Assembly (NCBI GenBank): GCA_028286725.1
Contig: JAQBQZ010000007.1
Coordinates: forward strand, 7,262-71,261
DNA length: 64,000 nucleotides
Reading direction: 5' to 3'
DNA from: Candidatus Tayloriibacteriota bacterium
Lineage (GTDB): Bacteria; Patescibacteriota; Minisyncoccia; Phycocordibacterales; CAIRYW01
Made by a program: the position numbers and the translations under genes. Below, piece after piece: positions 54,985 through 64,000 of the stretch. Every line of letters starts with the position of its first letter. Position 1 is the stretch's first letter. Under the pieces are notes generated by a model. The model had not been told where the DNA came from. It did not search any database and saw only the letters and a list, made by a program, of their open reading frames with translations.

Positions 54985-57447
54985 ATGTCAATAATCAAAA
55001 AACTGTTCGGAGATACATCAACTCGTGCTATTGCAGGTACTAATAAGATTGTCCAAAAGATCAATGATCTTGAAAAGGATATTTCACCCCTAACGGACGC
55101 TGCACTTAAGACTAAAACTCTTGAATTTAAAGAACGAATTGCAAAAGGTGAGGCTCTGGATGATTTGCTCCCAGAAGCCTTTGCGGTACTTCGAGAAGCA
55201 ACTAAACGAACTCTTAATATGCGGCACTTTGATGTGCAGCTTATTGGAGGAATCATGATCCATCAGGGCAAAATAACAGAAATGCGGACTGGAGAAGGAA
55301 AGACGCTTGTAGCGACACTTCCGCTCTATCTTAATGCGCTCGAAGGCAAAGGAGCGCACCTTGTAACAGTAAACGATTATCTCTCAAGACGAGATGCTGT
55401 GTGGATGGCGCAGATTTTTGATTTTCTCGGCCTCTCTGTTGGTGTCATCAACAGTGAAGCTTCTTATATATATGATCCTGCACACAAAGAACTAGATGAA
55501 AATCGAGATGAGGTTGCATCGTTCAAAGTAGTGCACGAATTCCTAAGACCATGTACAAGACGTGAGGCATACGCCGCAGACATTACCTATGGAACGAACA
55601 ACGAATTCGGATTTGATTATCTCCGAGATAATATTTCATATCGTGAAGAGGAGCTTCGACAGCGAGAATATAACTTTGCAATCGTGGACGAGGTGGACTC
55701 GATCCTTATTGATGAAGCACGAACTCCGCTCATTATTTCTTCTCCAACTCAGAAATCAGAAAATCTTTATGTGACATTCGCTCGAATCGCAGAACAGCTC
55801 AAAAAAGAAGAAGATTATACAACAGATGAAAAACATCGATCAATTGCACTCACTGATGCTGGTATCAACAGAGTAGAAAAAATGCTCGGAGTGGATAATA
55901 TTTATACTGACAAAGGTATCAAGTCAGTACATCATCTCGAAACTGCAGTGCGTGCTAAAGCGCTTTTCAATAAAGACAAGGAATATGTAGTCAAAGACGG
56001 TGAGATCTTAATCGTTGATGAATTTACAGGACGAATCCAGCCAGGACGACGATGGAGTGAAGGTCTGCATCAGGCTATTGAAGCTAAAGAAGGGGTGGAC
56101 ATCAAAGAAGAGAGTCGTACTTACGCGTCTATCACATTCCAAAACTATTTCAGACTCTACAAAAAACTTTCTGGAATGACAGGAACTGCCGAGACTTCAA
56201 AAGAAGAGTTTCTTAAGGTGTATAATCTTGAGACTATTGTTGTGCCAACACATCGTGGAATTCAAAGAATCGATCGAAATGATTTTATTTTCCAGAACGA
56301 ACAAGGTAAATTCAAAGCGCTTGCAAAGAAAGTTCGAGATCTTCATGTAAAAGGTCAGCCTGTACTTATTGGTACGGTATCAATCGAGAAGAACGAAATA
56401 CTTTCTGCTTATCTACATCGTGAAGGTGTGCCTCACAATCTCTTGAATGCAAAGAATCATGAAAGAGAAGGAGAGATCATTGCGGGGGCAGGAAAAAGAG
56501 GTGCAGTAACTATTGCGACAAACATGGCGGGACGAGGAGTGGATATTAAGCTCGGTGGCGTGCCATTCGACAAAGAAAAGGAGGAAGAGGTGAAAGCTCT
56601 CGGCGGACTCTTTGTGCTTGGAACTGAACGACATGAAGCAAGACGAATCGACAACCAGCTTCGAGGGCGATCAGGACGACAAGGAGATCCTGGAGAGACA
56701 CAGTTCTATGTATCACTTGAAGATGATCTTATGCGAGTATTTGCATCAGACATTATAAAGCGAATGATGGTTCGATTTGATATTGCGGAGGATGAACCGA
56801 TCGAAAACAGACTCATCAACCGATCGCTCGAAACTGCTCAGACACGAATCGAAGGATTTCATTTTGATTCACGAAAGCACACTCTCGAATTTGATGATGT
56901 GATGAACTATCAGCGAAAGATCATTTATGACAAGCGAAGAAAGGTTCTTCTTGGATCAACTGAAGAAGTGATGGGTGTTATAGAACAAATGACAGTGGGA
57001 GATGAAGACCTTGCAAAGGTGATCGAAGAGAAAAAAGAAAAGATAGGGAGAGATGTGTTTGCGAATGGCGCGCGATCTCTTAGCTTACAAACAATTGATA
57101 TGTTCTGGATGGATCACTTGGAAATGATGGATTATCTAAGGGGAAGTGTGAATCTTCGAGCGTATGGTCAGCGAGATCCTCTTGTTGAATACAAAAAAGA
57201 TGGGCTCAAATTATTTAAGGAAATGGAGAGGGCAATCGACGATATGATAATCGATACACTATCTAAGGTAGAGGCGACAATCAAACCTGTTGAAGCACCT
57301 GTAGTGATTGAGACTCGAGAGGATCTAAGTAAAGGGTCTGTGGCAAAAGACAACAAACCAATAGTTCACGACGGAAGCAAGGTGGGACGCAACGATCTTT
57401 GTCCTTGTGGAAGCGGAAAAAAGTACAAGAACTGTCACGGAAAGTAA
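54985..57447 (+). CDS. secA: Preprotein translocase subunit SecA
   Basis: MRTGEGKT, VDEVDSILIDEARTPLIIS, RRIDNQLRGRSGRQGDPG, C-terminal CPCGSGKKYKNCH. Confidence 0.98.
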   Translation: MSIIKKLFGDTSTRAIAGTNKIVQKINDLEKDISPLTDAALKTKTLEFKERIAKGEALDDLLPEAFAVLREATKRTLNMRHFDVQLIGGIMIHQGKITEMRTGEGKTLVATLPLYLNALEGKGAHLVTVNDYLSRRDAVWMAQIFDFLGLSVGVINSEASYIYDPAHKELDENRDEVASFKVVHEFLRPCTRREAYAADITYGTNNEFGFDYLRDNISYREEELRQREYNFAIVDEVDSILIDEARTPLIISSPTQKSENLYVTFARIAEQLKKEEDYTTDEKHRSIALTDAGINRVEKMLGVDNIYTDKGIKSVHHLETAVRAKALFNKDKEYVVKDGEILIVDEFTGRIQPGRRWSEGLHQAIEAKEGVDIKEESRTYASITFQNYFRLYKKLSGMTGTAETSKEEFLKVYNLETIVVPTHRGIQRIDRNDFIFQNEQGKFKALAKKVRDLHVKGQPVLIGTVSIEKNEILSAYLHREGVPHNLLNAKNHEREGEIIAGAGKRGAVTIATNMAGRGVDIKLGGVPFDKEKEEEVKALGGLFVLGTERHEARRIDNQLRGRSGRQGDPGETQFYVSLEDDLMRVFASDIIKRMMVRFDIAEDEPIENRLINRSLETAQTRIEGFHFDSRKHTLEFDDVMNYQRKIIYDKRRKVLLGSTEEVMGVIEQMTVGDEDLAKVIEEKKEKIGRDVFANGARSLSLQTIDMFWMDHLEMMDYLRGSVNLRAYGQRDPLVEYKKDGLKLFKEMERAIDDMIIDTLSKVEATIKPVEAPVVIETREDLSKGSVAKDNKPIVHDGSKVGRNDLCPCGSGKKYKNCHGK

Positions 57448-57468
57448 AATCTAATATATAGAATACGT

Positions 57469-57507
57469 TGCAAACAGCACGGCGCCGTAGGCGCCGTGCT
57501 GTTTGCA
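57469..57507. terminator. Perfect 18-bp palindrome with GTA loop
   Basis: tgcaaacagcacggcgcc-gta-ggcgccgtgctgtttgca. Confidence 0.6.
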
Positions 57508-57541
57508 TTATGTTTTAAGAACGGGGTATAATAATTAACAT

Positions 57542-58615
57542 ATGAAAGAAAGCAAACTTGAGATCTATATTTATTTTATTCTCCTTGGAATTACCTTATT
57601 TGTGACCTACAAGATATTTGAGCCATATCTTTTTGCGATCGTTGTGGCGCTTATATTTTCTGTTATTTTTGGTCCGCTCAACAAAAGAGTTGAAAAAAGT
57701 TTTCCAAAACACAAATCTCTTTCTGCTCTCGTAACACTCTTTATTGTATTTATTCTCGTGCTTTTACCATTCATTCTCTACGGTATTCAGCTTTCAGATG
57801 AAGTGAAAAATTTTTATGATTATGCTTTTACATCAATGCAGGGCAGTGGTGGCATAATGGCAAAGCTTACCATTGTTGCAAACAATATCATTACTACATT
57901 CTCACCTTTAGGAGTTCATTGGCCTGTGTTTGATGTGTCAGAGACTGAAAGTTATGTCTTTGCCGGGCTCTCTTGGCTTCGAGGGCATTTTGGAGATATC
58001 TTTTCAGGACTCGCAAAATTCTTTGTAGATATATTCATATTCCTTATTGCATTTTATTATTTCCTACGCGACGGATCAGCGCTTCGAAAAAGAGTTATTG
58101 ACCTTAGTCCTTTTCCCGATAATCGCGATGAAGAAATACTGGAGAAGCTTCGACTTGCGGTTCTTTCTGTTGTTCGAGGTTCAATGCTTGTAGCGCTTAC
58201 TCAGGGAATTATGACGGGCTTAGGATTTTATTTCTTTGGTATTCCTTCAGCCCTCCTTTGGGGAGGTGTAACAGTGATTGCTGCTCTTGTGCCAGGTGTT
58301 GGAACATCTCTCGTGATCGTGCCAGGGATTCTTTATCTATTCTTCACAGGAGAAAGTACTCACGCATTCGGTCTTCTTCTTTGGGGAGGTGCTTGCGTCG
58401 GACTTATTGATAATTTCCTTGGTCCAAAGCTTATCGAAAAGGGTATTAATATTCATCCACTCCTTATACTCCTTTCTGTACTTGGAGGAATCGCATACTT
58501 TGGTGTGATCGGATTTATTTTAGGGCCTATTGTACTTTCATTCCTATTTACACTTTTTGAAATCTACAAGCCTATCATTCTTAAAGAGTCGCATTCTCAT
58601 ACTCATACACGATAA
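57542..58615 (+). CDS. AI-2E family transporter
   Basis: YYFLRDG, DNFLGP, IHPLLILLSVLGG...G.ILGP. Confidence 0.9.
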   Translation: MKESKLEIYIYFILLGITLFVTYKIFEPYLFAIVVALIFSVIFGPLNKRVEKSFPKHKSLSALVTLFIVFILVLLPFILYGIQLSDEVKNFYDYAFTSMQGSGGIMAKLTIVANNIITTFSPLGVHWPVFDVSETESYVFAGLSWLRGHFGDIFSGLAKFFVDIFIFLIAFYYFLRDGSALRKRVIDLSPFPDNRDEEILEKLRLAVLSVVRGSMLVALTQGIMTGLGFYFFGIPSALLWGGVTVIAALVPGVGTSLVIVPGILYLFFTGESTHAFGLLLWGGACVGLIDNFLGPKLIEKGINIHPLLILLSVLGGIAYFGVIGFILGPIVLSFLFTLFEIYKPIILKESHSHTHTR

Positions 58616-59337
58616 TGAAAGCTCTCGAAATAAAAAACCTAGTAAAGGATTTTGGTACTTTTCGCGCTGTCGACAATCTTTCTTTTTCTGTTGAAAAGGG
58701 CGGCATCACGGCATTCCTGGGTCCAAATGGAGCAGGCAAGACTACAACCATCCAGATGATCTTGGATATTATTACCCCGACTTCAGGGGATATTATTATT
58801 TTTGGTCTTGATTTCAAACATCACAAAGAAGAGATCTTGGGACGAATTAATTTCTCATCTCCTTATGTATCACTTCCTACAAACCTCACGGTCATGGAAA
58901 ACCTTCTTACTTTTGCGCGACTTTATGGCGTCAAAAATCCAAAAGCAAAAATAGAAAAGCTCGCAGAAGAATTCGAGATAAAGCATTTGCTCCCTCGAAT
59001 GACCGCATCACTTTCGACAGGACAGCTCACTCGAGTAAATCTTGCCAAAGCATTTGTGAATGATCCAGAACTTCTTCTTTTGGATGAGCCAACGGCATCC
59101 TTAGATCCTGATATAGCAGAAAAGACACTTTCAATACTTACAAAAATGCAAAAAGAGCGAGGTGTGACTGTACTTTATACTTCTCACAATATGGCTGAGA
59201 TCGAAAAGATCTGTGATAGGGTAATATTCATCAATAAGGGAGTTATCAAAGAAGAAGGAACGCCAGCGGATCTTATACAAAAATTTGGACATAAGGATAT
59301 GAATGATGTATTTATTGATTTAGCGAGAGAAGAATAA
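58615..59337 (+). CDS. ABC transporter ATP-binding protein
   Basis: GPNGAGKTT, LSTGQ, LLDEPT, SH. Confidence 0.92.
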   Translation: MKALEIKNLVKDFGTFRAVDNLSFSVEKGGITAFLGPNGAGKTTTIQMILDIITPTSGDIIIFGLDFKHHKEEILGRINFSSPYVSLPTNLTVMENLLTFARLYGVKNPKAKIEKLAEEFEIKHLLPRMTASLSTGQLTRVNLAKAFVNDPELLLLDEPTASLDPDIAEKTLSILTKMQKERGVTVLYTSHNMAEIEKICDRVIFINKGVIKEEGTPADLIQKFGHKDMNDVFIDLAREE

Positions 59338-59349
59338 AAGAAAAATACT

Positions 59350-60141
59350 ATGAAAATGAATCGTATCAATGCATTAATAATGAGACATTTGTATATCTAC
59401 AAGCGAAGTATGCCTCGGCTACTTGATGTATTCTTCTGGCCTGTGATGGAGCTTTTGACTTGGGGATTCTTTAGTTTTTATCTTGGCAATACTGGTGGAA
59501 ATAATATAAATATTGCTGCAATGCTTTTGGGAGGAGTTATCTTGTGGCAGATCATTGATCGAGCCCAGAACTTTATCTCAACGTATTTTCTCGAAGATGT
59601 ATGGCACCGAAACTTCCTTAATATTTTTGTGACACCTTTGAAACTTTCTGAATTTTTCTTGGCGGGAGTTATTCTCGCGATGATTCGACTTGTAGTAATG
59701 GCATCATTCTTGCTCATCCTTTCTTACTTTTTGTATGCATTTAATATATTTGTATTAGGATTTTCACTTATTCCTTTTTTGGTCAATCTGCTTTTGTTTG
59801 GTATTACGCTCGCGCTCTTTATCAATGCGATCATTATTCGATTTGGATCTTCAGCTCAGGTGCTCGCGTTTGGGATCTCATTTCTTATTCAGCCGATCAG
59901 TGCTGCATTCTATCCAGTTTCTGCCCTCCCAGCTCCGCTTGCAACTCTTTCTGGATTTTTGCCTGTAAGCTATGTGTTTGAATCAATGCGTAAAGTTATG
60001 GCGGGAGGACCAATTGATTGGAACTCGTTTTATATTTCGCTTGGACTGAATCTTATTTATCTCATCATTATGTGGTTCTTTTTTAGTGCTATGTTTAAAA
60101 AAGTGAAGGTTATGGGAAATCTCTTAAAAGTTCAAGACTAA
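59350..60141 (+). CDS. ABC-2 type permease
   Basis: 6 TM segments, FYPVSALP; directly after the ABC ATPase. Confidence 0.88.
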   Translation: MKMNRINALIMRHLYIYKRSMPRLLDVFFWPVMELLTWGFFSFYLGNTGGNNINIAAMLLGGVILWQIIDRAQNFISTYFLEDVWHRNFLNIFVTPLKLSEFFLAGVILAMIRLVVMASFLLILSYFLYAFNIFVLGFSLIPFLVNLLLFGITLALFINAIIIRFGSSAQVLAFGISFLIQPISAAFYPVSALPAPLATLSGFLPVSYVFESMRKVMAGGPIDWNSFYISLGLNLIYLIIMWFFFSAMFKKVKVMGNLLKVQD

Positions 60142-60145
60142 CTAT

Positions 60146-61051
60146 ATGGCGCAAAAAACACTCGTTACACATAATGGAACATTTCATGCAGATGATGTAT
60201 TTGCTGTGGCAGCGTTTTTGATTGCGAACAATACTGATAATGATTGGCAGGTAGTAAGATCTCGTGATGAAGAAGTGATAAACAAAGCGGATGCTGCTAT
60301 TGATGTCGGTGGTATATATGATATTGCAACACTTCGTTTTGATCATCATCAGGTAGGAGGAGCCGGCATTCGTGCAAACGGAGTTCCTTATGCATCGTTC
60401 GGACTCGTATGGAATATATTTGGAGATATGATAACGATGGACAAATGGATCAAAGAAGATATCGAAAACAAGCTTGTGCTATCGATTGATGCGAATGACA
60501 ATGGAATAAAACTCTCTAAAAATAATATTGATGATGTGTATGCATACGAGATCTCAACTCTCATTGCTGATTTTAATATTACTTGGAAGGAAGAATCAGA
60601 TTCAACTGATAACGGAGACAAACTTCGATATGAGAATTTTATGTATCTTGTAGGGATTGCTACAAAGCTTATCCAGAGACTCATTACTCGAGCGCGCGAC
60701 AAATATGCAGCAAAAGAATTTGTGATCGATGCATATAACAAAGCGACCGACAAAAGAGTTGTTATTTTGGATGGATATTATCCTTGGCAGGACATTCTAC
60801 TTAATATGCCAGAGCCGCTTTTTGTGATATTTCCAAATGGAGAGAATTGGAGTTTGAAAACTGTATCAAAAGAAAAAGGAAGTTTTGAATCTCGAAAACA
60901 ATTGCCGGAAAACTGGGCCGGGCTTCGTGATGAAGAGCTGGCAAAGGTGACAGGTGTGCCAGACGCTTATTTTTGCCACAACGCGAGATTTATGGCGAAT
61001 GCTCGGTCTAAGGAAGGTGTTCTTGCGCTTGCGAAATTGGCACTAGAGTAA
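60146..61051 (+). CDS. MYG1 family protein
   Basis: THNGTFHADD, DVGG.YD..RFDHHQ, LP..WAGLRD, FCH..RF. Confidence 0.92.
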   Translation: MAQKTLVTHNGTFHADDVFAVAAFLIANNTDNDWQVVRSRDEEVINKADAAIDVGGIYDIATLRFDHHQVGGAGIRANGVPYASFGLVWNIFGDMITMDKWIKEDIENKLVLSIDANDNGIKLSKNNIDDVYAYEISTLIADFNITWKEESDSTDNGDKLRYENFMYLVGIATKLIQRLITRARDKYAAKEFVIDAYNKATDKRVVILDGYYPWQDILLNMPEPLFVIFPNGENWSLKTVSKEKGSFESRKQLPENWAGLRDEELAKVTGVPDAYFCHNARFMANARSKEGVLALAKLALE

Positions 61052-61062
61052 AATATATTCCA

Positions 61063-61099
61063 AAAACCCGCTTGATGCCGTAGGCATCAAGCGGGTTTT
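61063..61099. terminator. Perfect 17-bp palindrome with GTA loop
   Basis: aaaacccgcttgatgcc-gta-ggcatcaagcgggtttt. Confidence 0.65.
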
Positions 61100-61152
61100 G
61101 TGTTATACTGCAATGGTATTTAAACTATTAACTATTTAATTTATAACTATTT

Positions 61153-62139
61153 ATGGCTTTCATTGATGAACTAACGGTTACAGCAAAAGCAGGTAAGGGT
61201 GGCGACGGAGTTGTCAGATGGAGACATGAAAAAGGAAAAGAGTTTTCTGGTCCATCAGGAGGAAACGGTGGTCGAGGTGGAGATGTGTTCATCAAAGCGG
61301 TGAGTGATCTTTCTATACTCCAAAGATATAAATCAAAGAAAAAATTCCAAGCAGAAAACGGCGAGCCGGGAGCAAAAAATAGTATGCATGGAAAAGATGG
61401 CCTCGATCTCTATATCGAATTGCCTGTAGGAACAGTAGTCAAAAATCTCGATACCGGAGAAGTCTTTTCTCTTGTAAATCGCGAAGAAACAAAAATGATC
61501 TTGAAGGGCGGACGAGGAGGGGTGGGAAATGAATTTTTCAAAAGTTCTATCAATCGTTCTCCTGAAGAATTCACACCAGGTGCAATTGGTGAAGAAGCAG
61601 AATTTTATATTGAACTTCAGATCGTTGCTGATGTTGGACTTGTAGGACTTCCAAACGCAGGTAAATCATCTCTCTTAAACGCTCTCACTCGAGCGCATGC
61701 AAAAGTGGGCGCATATGCGTTTACAACTATCGAACCAAATCTCGGAGATCTATTCGGTGTGATCTTGGCTGATATTCCAGGACTTATTGAAGGAGCGTCA
61801 GAAGGGCGAGGACTTGGACACAAATTCCTTCGTCACATCAAAAGAACTCGAACACTTCTTCACTGTATTTCTGCTGAGAACGAAGATTTCAAAGAAGTCT
61901 ATGAGACTATTCGGAAAGAATTAGGCGAGTCAGATAAAGTTCTTACAGAAAAAGAAGAAATAATCCTTATCACAAAATCAGATCTTTTGACTGGAGATGA
62001 ACTTGCAACAAAATATGAAAAGCTCGTAAAGCCAAAAGGAATCTGGGCTGGCAAAAAAGTAATGACTGTCTCTGTGTATGACGATGAATCGCTGAAGCAT
62101 CTTTCAAGTTTCCTTACTTCAACTTTCAACAAGAAATAA
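61153..62139 (+). CDS. obgE: GTPase ObgE/CgtA
   Basis: FIDE, Gly-rich Obg domain, GLPNAGKS, FTT, DIPG. Confidence 0.95.
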   Translation: MAFIDELTVTAKAGKGGDGVVRWRHEKGKEFSGPSGGNGGRGGDVFIKAVSDLSILQRYKSKKKFQAENGEPGAKNSMHGKDGLDLYIELPVGTVVKNLDTGEVFSLVNREETKMILKGGRGGVGNEFFKSSINRSPEEFTPGAIGEEAEFYIELQIVADVGLVGLPNAGKSSLLNALTRAHAKVGAYAFTTIEPNLGDLFGVILADIPGLIEGASEGRGLGHKFLRHIKRTRTLLHCISAENEDFKEVYETIRKELGESDKVLTEKEEIILITKSDLLTGDELATKYEKLVKPKGIWAGKKVMTVSVYDDESLKHLSSFLTSTFNKK

Positions 62140-62150
62140 TTCAGTACAAT

Positions 62151-62191
62151 GAAAAACTGCTAAAAATGCTTAGCATTTTTAGCAGTTTTTC
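62151..62191. terminator. Perfect 20-bp palindrome after obgE
   Basis: gaaaaactgctaaaaatgct-t-agcatttttagcagtttttc. Confidence 0.6.
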
Positions 62192-62233
62192 TATACCTTT
62201 TAGATTCCAACATTTAATGATAATATCTTACTT

Positions 62234-63694
62234 ATGAATAGTGAATATATACCTACAATTGGTCTCGAAATCCACGCAGAGCTCAAAACTAAGAGCAAGA
62301 TGTTTTGCCCATGTAAAAACGATCCAGAGGAGAAGAATCCTAACGTGAATGTGTGCCCAATCTGTATGGGGCATCCTGGGACACTCCCTGTGCCTAACAA
62401 AGAGGCGGTAAAGCATACGCTCAAAGTGGGTCTCGCGGTAGAGGGGACTCTCGCAGACTTTTCAGAATTTGATCGAAAGAACTATTTCTATCCAGATATT
62501 CCAAAGGGCTACCAGATCAGTCAGTATAAATACCCATTTGTTTCTGGAGGCAAGATCAAAGTCAAAATAAAAGAAAACGGAGTTGATATTACAAAAGACA
62601 TTCTGCTCACTCGAATTCATCTCGAAGAAGATACCGCAAAATCATCTCATGATACAGGTGATTATTCACTCGTTGATTACAATCGATCGTCGCTCCCACT
62701 TATGGAACTTGTAACAGAGCCTGTGATGCATTCTGGGGCAGAGGCGAGTGCTTTTGCAAAAGAATTCCAGCTTATTCTTCAATACCTCGGAGCATCTGAT
62801 GCAAACATGGAAAAAGGCGAGATGCGAGTAGAGGCGAATATTTCTGTATCAAAAGATACAAACAAACTCGGTACAAAAGTAGAGGTGAAAAATCTAAACT
62901 CTTTTCGATCCGTAGAGCGAGCATGTGTGTACGAAATCGAGCGGCATATTGGAGTGCTAGAAAATGGAGAAACAATTCAGCAAGAGACTCGAGGATTCGA
63001 TGAAAGTACAGGCAAGACTTTTTCACAGCGGAAAAAAGAGGATTCACACGACTATCGATATTTCCCAGAGCCAGATATTCCAAAGCTTTATATTTCAGAA
63101 ATCTCTGAATTTGCCGAAAAAGAACTTCGTAAAGAAATGAATGAGCTTCCACGAGCAAAACGAGAAAGATATGAAAAAGAATACGGTATTAAGACTGAGG
63201 ATATTGAATTCTATGTTGATAACAAAAACCTCTCTGAATTTTTTGAACAGACTATTCAAAATTTCTGTGATGATAAAGAGTGTGTGAAGCTCGCTTCTAA
63301 CTATATTGTTTCTGACCTTGCAGGACTCATGAAAAATAACAACATTGCAGAGCCAGGACAAGTATTTCCAAGCGCATTCGGCAAAATGATGCTCATGCTT
63401 CGTGATGGTAAACTTTCGAGCCGTGGAGCAAAAGATATTCTTGCGATTCTCTTTAAAGAAGGTGGAGATCCAGAACAGATTGCAGATGAGAAAGGTCTTA
63501 TTCAAAAGAATGACCCAGAAGCACTCAAAATAATCGTAGAAAAAGTCATGAATGAAAATCATGCGATCGTCGCCGAATATCGAGCTGGAAAAGTCGCGGT
63601 TTTGAACTCACTTGTTGGTCTTTGTATGAAAGAAAGTAAAGGTTCGGGTAACCCACAACTTTTCAAGGAAATAATGCTAAGTATCCTCGGATAA
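62234..63694 (+). CDS. gatB: Asp-tRNA(Asn)/Glu-tRNA(Gln) amidotransferase subunit B
   Basis: IGLEIHAEL, FDRKNYFYPD, HLEED, EVKNLNSF, DYRYFPEPD. Confidence 0.97.
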   Translation: MNSEYIPTIGLEIHAELKTKSKMFCPCKNDPEEKNPNVNVCPICMGHPGTLPVPNKEAVKHTLKVGLAVEGTLADFSEFDRKNYFYPDIPKGYQISQYKYPFVSGGKIKVKIKENGVDITKDILLTRIHLEEDTAKSSHDTGDYSLVDYNRSSLPLMELVTEPVMHSGAEASAFAKEFQLILQYLGASDANMEKGEMRVEANISVSKDTNKLGTKVEVKNLNSFRSVERACVYEIERHIGVLENGETIQQETRGFDESTGKTFSQRKKEDSHDYRYFPEPDIPKLYISEISEFAEKELRKEMNELPRAKRERYEKEYGIKTEDIEFYVDNKNLSEFFEQTIQNFCDDKECVKLASNYIVSDLAGLMKNNNIAEPGQVFPSAFGKMMLMLRDGKLSSRGAKDILAILFKEGGDPEQIADEKGLIQKNDPEALKIIVEKVMNENHAIVAEYRAGKVAVLNSLVGLCMKESKGSGNPQLFKEIMLSILG

Positions 63695-63744
63695 ATTCTC
63701 TTCTAAATATTTGTGCCCAAACTATTTTAGGGTATAATTATTCC

Positions 63745-64000
63745 ATGTCTAAAATAAAAGTTGCCATTAATGGCGCAGGAAGAATTGGAAGAGCTTTTTA
63801 TAAAGTAGCCCTTGGTGTGCCTGACATTGAAGTAGTGGCACTCAATGACTTGGGTGATATTGATAACATTGCATATCTTATGAAGTTTGATAGTGCATAC
63901 GGCAAGAGTGGTTTTGCTATTGAAGTTGCAGCTGATAAAAAGTCGCTTACGATTGCTGGTAAGAAGGTTCAGTATTTCAGCGAAAAGGATCCTGCGAGTC
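63745..64000 (+). CDS. gap: Glyceraldehyde-3-phosphate dehydrogenase (partial, 5' end)
   Basis: MSKIKVAINGAGRIGR...VALNDL...AYLMKFDSAYG. Confidence 0.9.
   Translation, partial: MSKIKVAINGAGRIGRAFYKVALGVPDIEVVALNDLGDIDNIAYLMKFDSAYGKSGFAIEVAADKKSLTIAGKKVQYFSEKDPAS

Noticed and set aside
1-64000. CRISPR array, rRNA, tRNA, prophage, autonomous IS, recoded stop codons
   Set aside because: I saw no regularly spaced repeats, RNA-gene signatures, phage or transposase ORFs; genes are intact under code 11 (murD ends in TGA).

Overview
Chromosomal window of an AT-rich bacterium using code 11. Gene content points to Patescibacteria/CPR (Parcubacteria-like; inference): a stand-alone VirD4/TraD-like ATPase, MYG1, an O-antigen-ligase/TPR protein, a tiny histone-H1-like peptide and many leaderless-type promoters. 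It holds housekeeping genes (rarA, murD, murC, murB, secA, obgE, gatB, gap), stress and envelope genes, a cellulose-synthase-like GT2 + GH16 operon, a two-component system with a DUF347/PAP2 operon, a DoxX/FMN-bind/ApbE flavinylation module and a large surface-glycan locus (GT4s, gmd, fcl, wzx, two GT11, asnB, FkbM). I found no transposase, integrase, CRISPR array, rRNA or tRNA. The most interesting signals are non-coding. (1) Three copies of a ~190-bp branched, covarying fold-back element (14415, 29412, 49977) carry a conserved tandem-G.A core on the minus strand; two copies sit between the -10 box and the ATG of otherwise leaderless-looking genes. (2) Two adjacent, separately promoted structured RNAs upstream of murB are complementary to each other in three segments. 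(3) A recurring ECF-type promoter, TGTCAT-N16-CGTC, precedes seven stress/envelope genes. (4) Palindromes are inserted in frame in murD and a GT4 gene. All base pairings were worked out by eye and no searches or folding programs were run.
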